From Macrostomum lignano (taxonomy: Eukaryota), in contig NIVC01001152.1 in NCBI GenBank assembly GCA_002269645.1, positions 1 through 21,100 on the forward strand: a stretch of 21,100 nt of DNA, in the 5' to 3' direction. The notes under the pieces are model-generated. The model saw only the letters and a list, made by a program, of their open reading frames with translations, ran no database searches and had not been told where the DNA came from. Both the position numbers and the translations under genes were made by a program. Positions 1 to 7,691 of this stretch are shown one piece after another (within the stretch, counting starts at the first letter, position 1; each line of letters starts with the position of its first letter).

Positions 1-203
1 TTTTTTGAGGATCTTAGAAATTAAAATTTCATAATTAAAATAGCCTATAGCCGACCTCGGATAATTTCCAATCTTCCCATATAAGTTTCAACGCTGAGTT
101 GCCACTATTCAAGGAGGAGTTGTCGAAATGACAGACAGACAGACAGACAAACAACGCGTCAACTTTAGTATATACGAGTGGAACTCCTCCTTCGGAGGAG
201 AAA
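1..203 (-). mobile_element. HINE/DINE-1-like (non-autonomous Helentron) left end, copy 1 (partial)
   Basis: The - strand reads TTT-CTCCTCC-GAA-GGAGGAG, then a (GTCT)n microsatellite, then AACTCCTCC...TGAAACTT. A T-run, terminal stem-loop and adjacent microsatellite is the known layout of Helentron-associated elements. Family assignment is by architecture, not database match. Confidence 0.55.
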
Positions 204-334
204 GGGGAAGAACTCCCATCACCGGAATTCCATTCCCTGAAATATCCATCAACTGAAATTCCATGTCTTGAACCCTATCTTCCAAATCGTCTCCAAATTC
301 TTTACAAAACCTTTGAAAGACCATAGCTCAAAGA

Positions 335-996
335 CTCTCACGTCTCTCATATCTCCTCTCTCCTCTCTTCGCTATTATCGTGACTCTCTTCTCTCTCCTC
401 TCTCTCATCTCATCTCTACCCCTACTCCCTTATTTATATCTTCTCCCTTGTCTTTCGTCTCTACTCTCTCCTGTCTCATTTCTCCCCTCTTTTCTCCTCT
501 CTTCTCTCTCCCCTCCTCCTCTCATCCCTCATCCTTCATCTCACTCTTTCTTTCTTCTCTACTCTCCCCTCTCTTCTATTTCCCCTGTACGCTCTTATCC
601 CTCATCTCTATTCTCTCTCCTATCATCTCTCCAAATTCTTTACAAAACCTTTCAAAGACCATAGCTCAAAGACTCTCACGTCTCTCATATCTCCTCTCTC
701 ATATCTCTTCCCTCATCTCACTCTTTCTTTCTCCTCTACTCTCCCCTCTCTTCTATTTCCTCTGTACGCTCTTATCCGTCATCTATTCTCTTTCCTATTA
801 TCTCTCTTGTCTCCCTCTGCTATCTCATATCTCCCCTCTCATCTCCTCTCTCCTCTTCTCTTCTCTCTCCCTCTTCGTTTCCGCCTTACTCCCCTCTTCT
901 CTTCCATCGGTCATGTCTAATCTATCCACTCATTTCTACTCTGTTTTATACCATCTCATGTCTCTTCTCTTTTCGATCTTCTCTTTACTCTCTTTT
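335..996 (+). repeat. CT-rich low-complexity block, U1
   Basis: Strongly pyrimidine-biased + strand, degenerate CT/CCT/CTT motifs. Confidence 0.93.
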
Positions 997-1026
997 ATGA
1001 CTGATTGAAGATGCCAAATCTATCAA

Positions 1027-1120
1027 GATCCTCTCCGCGAAGCAGAAATCCTCTCCGTGAAACTGAAAACCATCGAAATTATCTCTTTAAAACTGGACTC
1101 AATCGAAATTTTCTCCGTCA
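1027..1120 (+). repeat. 30/20-bp minisatellite, U1
   Basis: Units related to GAAATCCTCTCCGTGAAACTGAACACCATC (30 bp) and GAAATCCTCTCCGCGAAACA (20 bp). Confidence 0.85.
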
Positions 1121-1148
1121 AAAAGAATAAAATATTAGGATTCATTGG

Positions 1149-1182
1149 TTAGGGTTATTGTTAGGGTTAGGGTTAGGGTTAG
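1149..1182 (+). repeat. Interstitial telomeric-type tract, U1
   Basis: TTAGGG TTATTG (TTAGGG)3 TTAG. Confidence 0.93.
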
Positions 1183-1186
1183 AGCT

Positions 1187-2125
1187 ACACACAGCTGCGT
1201 GTTTAAATAAAAAATTGAGCCAATTGAATCAATTGATAGCGCAACCGATTTCAAAGTCAGTCAGTATCAGTCTCAGGTAAAGTGAACAAAAAGATTGCGC
1301 AATTTAAATCAACCCTCCAGTACACAGAGACCGGCCCCTTTTCAATACGCAGTGGCAGTTAGAAATTGAACCCGGGTGTTGGGGCATTGAACTAAAAATG
1401 AGTACAATCTTTGCAGAAAGCTAAAAGTATGGAAATAGTTTTTGTATGCTGTGCTTTTAGTCTTTATATTTAAAGCAAACAATTTATATCCTCGAACTCA
1501 GCGTTGCAAGATCTTTTCAGCAGTATAAGTCTCTTCTCTTAAAGTTTAGAACTCGAAGAGCAGTTAGCGTTTGAAAGTTCCCGTTTTAAAGCATTGAAAT
1601 ATCGAGTGTACGTTCACTGCCTGCCAAAGAGGCTCGCAAGTTTATTCATTCATTACACAGGCCGGCTATTACACAGGGCAGCCTATTAAAAGGCACAGAT
1701 AATGAAACAAATTGATGTCGCAACCGATTTCACAGTCAGTCAGTATCAGTCTCAGTTAAAGTTAACAAAACATTGCGCAATATAAATCAACCCTCCAATC
1801 CACAGCAGTAGTGAGAAGTTGAACCCTCCCCCCAACTTTATCTATTTCGTCTCGCAAAACTGAGTACAATATTTGCAAAAAGTTAAAAGTATGGAAATAG
1901 TTTTTCAAATGCTGTGCTTTTTCTTTTCATATTTAAAGCAAACAATTTATATCCCCGAACTCAGCGTTGCAAGATCTTTCCAGCAATATAAGTCTCTTCT
2001 TTCAAAGTTTAAAACTCGAGGAACAGTTAGCGTTTGAAACTGTCTGATTTATAGCATTGAAGTATCGAGTGTACGTTCACTGCCTGCTTGCAAGTTGATG
2101 CATTGAATTTCAATGTCCAACAAAT
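1187..2125. repeat. Two tandem internal modules, U1
   Basis: The caaccgatttc..gtcagtcagtatcag landmark occurs at 1242 and 1721 (period 479). Confidence 0.88.
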
Positions 2126-2299
2126 ACACAGGACTGCCCATTGAAAGGCAGGAAAACTTATCAGTAGCCATATCATTGCGCAATTATCTATACAGTCAGC
2201 CAGTGAGCCAGGGTCCAAGTGTACACACGCAGCCACTGAGAACGCTCCCACCCCCACTGGAAAGAAAATACACTACAGAGATAGGGAAAAGTTGTGGCG

Positions 2300-2516
2300 C
2301 AATCACTTGAAATTCATGCATTTTTCAGCTCCAAGCAGAAAGAGGGGACAATTAAGATTATCAAAGGTCAAGATTCAAGTTTTCTGCTTTTTTGAGGATC
2401 TTAGAAATTAAAATTTTAGAATTAAAATAGCCTATAGCCGACCTCGGATAATTTCCAATCTTCCCATATAAGTTTCAACGCTGAGTTGCCACAATTCAAG
2501 GAGGAGTTGTCGAAAT

Positions 2517-2562
<46 letters not shown>

Positions 2563-2623
2563 GACAGACAAACAACACGTCAACTTTAGTATATAGAGTG
2601 GAACTCCTCCTTCGGAGGAGAAA
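2300..2623 (-). mobile_element. HINE-like left end, copy 2
   Basis: Hairpin at 2604-2620, microsatellite at 2519-2570, conserved block containing TGACCTTTGA on the - strand. Confidence 0.55.
2519..2570 (+). repeat. (CA)20(GACA)3 microsatellite
   Basis: Read directly from the sequence. Confidence 0.97.
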
Positions 2624-2754
2624 GGGGAAGAACTCCCATCACCGGAATTCCATTCCCTGAAATATCCATCAACTGAAATTCCATGTCTTGAACCCTATCT
2701 TCCAAATCGTCTCCAAATTCTTTACAAAACCTTTCAAAGACCATAGCTCAAAGA

Positions 2755-3825
2755 CTCTCACGTCTCTCATATCTACTCTCTCCACTCTGTGCTATTATCG
2801 TGACTCTCTTCTCTCTCCTCTCTCTCATCTCATCTCTACCCGTACTCCCTTATTTATGTTTTCTCCCTCGTCTTTCGTCTGTACCCTCTCCTGTCTCTTG
2901 TCTCCTCTCTTCTCTCATATCTCTCCTCTTCACTTCTGTCTCCTGTCTTCTCTCTTCTCTCTTATCTCTCCCTCTTCTCTCCTCTTTTATATGTCATCCC
3001 TATTCACTTATCTATCGTCTCTCTTAACCCTCTCTCTCTTCTCTTTTCTTTCCTCTCTGCTCTCATTTCTCATATCTCATATACGCTCTCACACACCACT
3101 TACTTGTCTCCAATCTTTCTTTCCTCCTTTCCACTTTTCCCTGTCTCTTCTCTTCTCTCTTTTCCATCCTCTCCATTCTCTCTTTTCTCCTCCCCTTGCT
3201 CCTTTTATCTTCTCCCCTCTCTTCTCTAATCTCTTCTCTCTTCTCTCTTATGTTCTCACTCATCTCTTATCATCGCATCTCTCATCTCTCCTCTCCTCAC
3301 TACTTTCCTCTCTTAACTCTCTTATCTATTTCATCTCTCTCCTCTCTCCTCTTTCTCTTCTCCTCTCGCTTCTTCTCTCGCTTCTCTCTCCTATCTCTCC
3401 TCTCATCTCTACTACCGTATTTATATCTTCTAACTGGTCCTTCGTCTCTACTCTCTCCTTTCTCCTTTCTCCCCTCTTTTCTCCTTTCTTGTCTCTCCTG
3501 TCTCCTCTCCTCTCTCATCCCTCATCCCCTCATCTCACTCTTTCTTTCTCCTCTACTCTCCCTTAGCTGCAGGCTGTCCGGAGGGGACACAGCAAGGCGC
3601 GGCGCCCATTCCGCTATTACTCTCCCCTCTCTATTTTCTCTGTACGCTCTTATCCCTAATCTATTTTCTCTCCTCTCTCCTCTTTTCTTCTCTCTCCCTC
3701 TTCGTTCCCGCCTAAATCCCCTCTTCTCTCCAATCTGTCATGTCTAATATCTCCACTTATTTCTACTCTGTTTTCTATCATCTCATCTCTCTTCTGCTTT
3801 CATTCTTCTCTTTACTCTTTTCTCT
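2755..3825 (+). repeat. CT-rich low-complexity block, U2
   Basis: Same composition as U1. Matches 10100-11180. Confidence 0.93.
3564..3617. other. GC-rich double-hairpin insertion, U2 copy (54 bp)
   Basis: Flanked by (c)tactctccc(c)t direct repeats. Absent at the equivalent site in other unit types. Confidence 0.8.
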
Positions 3826-3853
3826 GACTGATTGAAGATGCCAAATCCATCAA

Positions 3854-4007
3854 GATCCTCTCCGCGAAGCAGAAATCCTGTCCGTGCAACTGAAAACCAT
3901 CGAAATCCTCTCCGTGAAACTGGACTCCTTCGAAATCCTTTCCGTGAAACTGAAAACCATCGAAATTCTCTCTTTTAAACTGGACTCAATCGAAATTTTC
4001 TCCGTCA
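3854..4007 (+). repeat. 30/20-bp minisatellite, U2
   Basis: Same repeat units as U1. Confidence 0.9.
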
Positions 4008-4033
4008 AAAAAATAAATATCAGGATTCATTGG

Positions 4034-4066
4034 TTAGGGTTATTGTTAGGGTTAGGGTTAGGGTTA
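4034..4066 (+). repeat. Interstitial telomeric-type tract, U2
   Basis: TTAGGG TTATTG (TTAGGG)3 TTA. Confidence 0.93.
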
Positions 4067-4071
4067 AAGCT

Positions 4072-4537
4072 ACACACAGCTGCGTGTTCAAATAAAAAAT
4101 TGAACCAATTGAATCAATTGATTGCGCAACCGATTTCTCAGTCAGTCAGTATCAGTCTCAGTTAAAGTTAACAAAAACATTGCGCAATCTAAATCAACCC
4201 TCCAATACACAGCAGCAGTGAGAATTGAACTCTCCCCCAACTTTATCTATTACGTCTCGCAAAACTGAGTACGATTTTTGCAGAAAGTTAAAAGTATGGA
4301 AATAGTTTTTTCAATGCTGTGCTTTTTCTTTTCATATTTAAAGCAAACAATTTATATCCCTGAAATCAGCTTTGCAAGTTCTTTCTAGCAATATTAATTT
4401 TTTCTCTCAAGTTAAAAACTCGAGCAACAGTTTGCGTTTGAAACTTTCTGATTTAAAGCATTGAAATATCAATTGTACGTTCACTGCCTGCTAAAGAGGC
4501 CCGCAAGTTTATGCATTGAATTTCAAGGTTCAACAAA
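4072..4537. repeat. One internal module, U2
   Basis: Same landmark motifs as the U1 modules. Confidence 0.88.
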
Positions 4538-4699
4538 ACACAGGGCTGCCTATTGAAAATTAGAACACAAATCTTTGCGCAATTGTCTATAAAGTCAGCC
4601 GGTGAGCCAGGGTCCGATTGTACACATGCAGCCATTTAGAACGCCCCATCCCCCCACTGGAGAGAAAATACACTGCAGAGATAGGGAAAAGTTGTGGCG

Positions 4700-5002
4700 C
4701 AATCACTTGAAATTCATGCAAATTTTCAGCTCCAAGCAGAAAGAGGGGACAATTAAGATTATCAAAGGTCAAGACCGCCGTTTTCTGCTTTTTTGAGGAT
4801 CTTAGAAATTAAAATTTCAGAATTAAAATAGCCTATAGCCGACCTCGGATAATTTCCAATCTTCCCATATAAGTTTCAACGCTGAGTTGCACTATTCAAG
4901 GAGGAGTTGTCGAAATGACAGACAGACACACAGACAGACAGACAAACAACGCGTCAACTTTAGTATATATAGACGAGTGGAACTCCTCCTTCGGAGGAGA
5001 AA
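4700..5002 (-). mobile_element. HINE-like left end, copy 3
   Basis: Hairpin at 4983-4999, GACA/CACA microsatellite. Confidence 0.55.
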
Positions 5003-5133
5003 GGGGAAGAACTCCCATCACCGGAATTCTATTCCCTGAAATATCCATCAACTGAAATTCCATGTCTTTAACCCTATCTTCCAAATCGTCTCCAAATTCT
5101 TTACAAAATCTTTCAAAGACCATAGCTCAAAGA

Positions 5134-5850
5134 CTCTCAAGTCTCTCATATCTCCTCTCTCCTCTCTCTCATCTCATCTCTACCCCTGCTCCCTTATTTA
5201 TCTCTTCTCCCTCGTCTTTCGTCTGTACCTTCTCCTGTCTTCTGTCTCCTCTCTTCACTCTTATCTCTCCCTCTTCTCTCCTCTCTCATATGTCATCTCT
5301 ACTCACTTATCTATCGTCTCTCTTAACCCTCTCTCTCTCTTCTCTTTTCTCTTCTCTCTGCTCTCATTTCTCATATTTCATATACGCTCTGACACTACTT
5401 TCTTGTCTCCCATCTTTCTTCCTCCTTTTCACTATCCCCTGTCTCTTCTCTTCTCTCTTTTCTATTCTCTCCATTCTCTCTTTTCTCCTTTCCTTGCTCC
5501 TTTCATCTCTCTCCTCTCTCCTCACTCTCTTCTCCTTTCGCTTCTCTCTCCTCTCTCTCCTCTCATCTTTACTACCTTATTTATATCTTCTCCCTAGTCT
5601 TTCGTCTGTACTCTCTCCTGTCTCCTCTCTCCCCTCCTCTCTCATCCCTCATCTCCTCATCTCCTCATCTCACTCTTTCTTTCTCCTCTACTCTCCCCTC
5701 TCTTCTATTGCCTCTGTACGCTCTTATCCCTCATCTATTCTCTCTCCTATCATCTCCAATCGTCATGTCTAATCTCTCCACTCAATTTTACTCTGTTTTC
5801 TATCATCTCTTCTCTCTTCTCTTTTCAGTCTTCTCTTTACTCTCTTCTCT
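5134..5850 (+). repeat. CT-rich low-complexity block, U3
   Basis: Same composition and shared motifs as the other CT blocks. Confidence 0.93.
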
Positions 5851-5878
5851 GACTGATTGAAGATGCCAAATCCATCAA

Positions 5879-6220
5879 AATCCTCTCCGCGAAGCAAAAA
5901 TCCTGTCTGTGCAACTAAAAACCATCGAAATCCTCTCAGTGAAACTGGACTCCTTCGAAATCCTCTCCTTGAAACCTGAATCCATCAAAATTGTTTCCAT
6001 AAAACAGAAATCAATCATAAATTATCTCAGCGAAACAGAAAGCCTCTCCGTGAAGCTGAACATGATCGAAATCCTCTCCGTGAAACTGAACACCATGGAA
6101 ATCCTTTCGTGAAACTGAACATCATCGAAATCCTCTCCACGAAACAGAAATCTTCTCCGTCAGAATTTAAACATTGAAATCGTCTCCGCTAAACTTGACT
6201 TAATCGAATTTTTTCCGTCA
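5879..6220 (+). repeat. 30/20-bp minisatellite, U3 (long)
   Basis: Same repeat units, expanded copy number. Confidence 0.9.
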
Positions 6221-6243
6221 AACAACTCAACTCGCCAGATTCA

Positions 6244-6271
6244 TTAGGGTTAGGGTTAGGGTTAGGGTTAG
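6244..6271 (+). repeat. Interstitial telomeric-type tract, U3
   Basis: (TTAGGG)4 TTAG. Confidence 0.95.
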
Positions 6272-6275
6272 AACT

Positions 6276-6743
6276 ACGCACAGCTTCGTGTTAAAAGGCA
6301 CAGATAAAAATATTGAACTAATTGAATCAATTCATTGCGCAACCGATTTCACAGTCAGTCAGTATCAGCCTCAGGTAAAGTTAACAAAAGATTGCGCAAT
6401 CTAAATCAACCCTCCAATCCACAGCTGTAGTGAGAAGTTGAACCCTCCCCCAACTTTATCTATTACGTCTTGCAAAACTGAGTACAATATTTGCAAAAAG
6501 TTAAAAGTATGGAAATAGTTTTCCAAATGCTGTGCTTTTTCTTTTCATAGTTAAAGCAAACAACTTATATCCCCGAACTCAGCGTTGCAAGATCTTGCCA
6601 GCAATATAAGTTTCTCCTCTCAAAGTTTAAAACTCGAGGAACAGTTAGCGTTTGAAACTGTCTGATTTATAGCATTGAAGTATCGAGTGTACGTTCACTG
6701 CCTGCTTGCAAGTTGATGCATTGAATTTCAATGTCCAACAAAT
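6276..6743. repeat. One internal module, U3
   Basis: Closest to the second module of U1. Confidence 0.88.
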
Positions 6744-6919
6744 ACACAGGACTGCCCATTGATAGGCAGGAAAACTTATCAGTAGCCATATCATTGCGCA
6801 ATTATCTATAAAGTCAGCCAGTGAGCCAGGGTCCAATTGTACACACGCCGCCAATGAGAACGCGCCCATTCCCCCACAGGAGAGAAAATGCACTGGCGAC
6901 ATAGGAAAAAGTTGTGGCG

Positions 6920-7205
6920 TAATCACTCAAAATTTATGCCAATTTTCAGCTCCGAGCAGAAAGAGGGGACAATTAAGATTATCAAAGGTCAAGACCGCCG
7001 TTTTCTGCTTTTTTAGGGATCTTAAAATTGAAAATGAAAGATTAAAATAGCCTAAAGCCATCCTCGGAAAATTTGCAGTTTCCCATATAAGTTTCAACGC
7101 TGAGTTGCAAGTATTCTAGGAGGAGTTATCGAACTGACATACAGACAGACAAACAACGCGTCAACTTTAGTATATACGAGTGGAACTCCTCCTTCGGAGG
7201 AGAAA
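6920..7205 (-). mobile_element. HINE-like left end, copy 4 (haplotype Y body)
   Basis: Hairpin at 7186-7202. Body variant tagggatcttaaaattgaaaatg. Confidence 0.55.
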
Positions 7206-7327
7206 GGGGAAGAACTCCCATCACCGGAATTCCATTCCCTGAAATTATCAACTGAAATTCCACTTGAACCCATCTTCCAAATCGTCTCCAAATTCTTTAC
7301 AAACTTTCAAAGACCATAGCTCAAAGA

Positions 7328-7597
7328 CTCTCACGTCTCTCATATCTCCTCTCTCTCTATTCGCTATTATCGTGACTCTCTTCTCTCTCCTCTCTCTCAT
7401 CTCATCTCTACCCCTACTTCCTTATTTATCTCTTCTCCCTCGTCTTTCGTCTGTACCCCTCCTGTCTCCTCTGTTCTCTGTTCTATCACATCTCTATTCT
7501 TCACTTCTGTCTCCTGTCTCCTCTCTTCTCTCTTATCTCTCCTTCTTCTCTTCTCTCTCATATGTCATCTCTACTCACTTATCTATCGTCTCTCTTA

Positions 7598-7691
<94 letters not shown>

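Larger units (their letters stand above)
184..2603. repeat. Unit U1 (type A, 2420 bp)
   Basis: Hairpin-to-hairpin interval. CT block has an internal duplication. Two modules. Confidence 0.9.
2604..4982. repeat. Unit U2 (type B, 2379 bp)
   Basis: Near-identical to U5 at offset 7345. Carries the GC-rich insertion. One module. Confidence 0.9.
4983..7185. repeat. Unit U3 (type C, 2203 bp)
   Basis: Long minisatellite, (TTAGGG)4, one module. Confidence 0.9.

Noticed and set aside
160-173. Minus-strand ATATACTAAAGTTG resembling the U6 snRNA segment ATATACTAAAATTG
   Set aside because: The match is only 14 nt with one mismatch. No ACAGAGA box or other U6 sequence follows, and a microsatellite comes next.
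268-1008. Long Leu/Ser-rich ORFs on + (also 2688-3566, 5062-5772, 7264-8298, 10033-10911, 14849-15858) and Arg/Glu-rich ORFs on -
   Set aside because: CT-rich DNA lacks stop codons and translates as L/S/P/F (or R/E/K). Most listed starts are TTG or GTG codons, frames differ among copies, and no domain is recognisable.
2027-2310. Short ORFs in modules and end blocks (for example 2027-2257, 4453-4796, 6645-6926, 17709-17999, 20295-20588)
   Set aside because: Homologous copies differ by frameshifting indels and stops. No Rep, helicase, transposase or reverse transcriptase motif was seen.
3884-4165. ORFs with a 10-aa repeat (IEILSVKLKT), superficially LRR-like (also 5909, 8383, 11239, 12898, 15855)
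   Set aside because: These translate the 30-bp minisatellite. Interspersed 20-bp units break the frame, and the LGLGL stretch is the TTAGGG tract.
4765-4796. GC-containing stretch followed by T runs (gaccgccgttttctgctttttt), like an intrinsic or Pol III terminator
   Set aside because: No convincing stem and no upstream gene, A/B box or recognisable small RNA was found.
5879-6220. CRISPR-like periodicity of about 30 bp
   Set aside because: Repeats abut each other with no unique spacers, there are no cas genes, and the context is eukaryotic.
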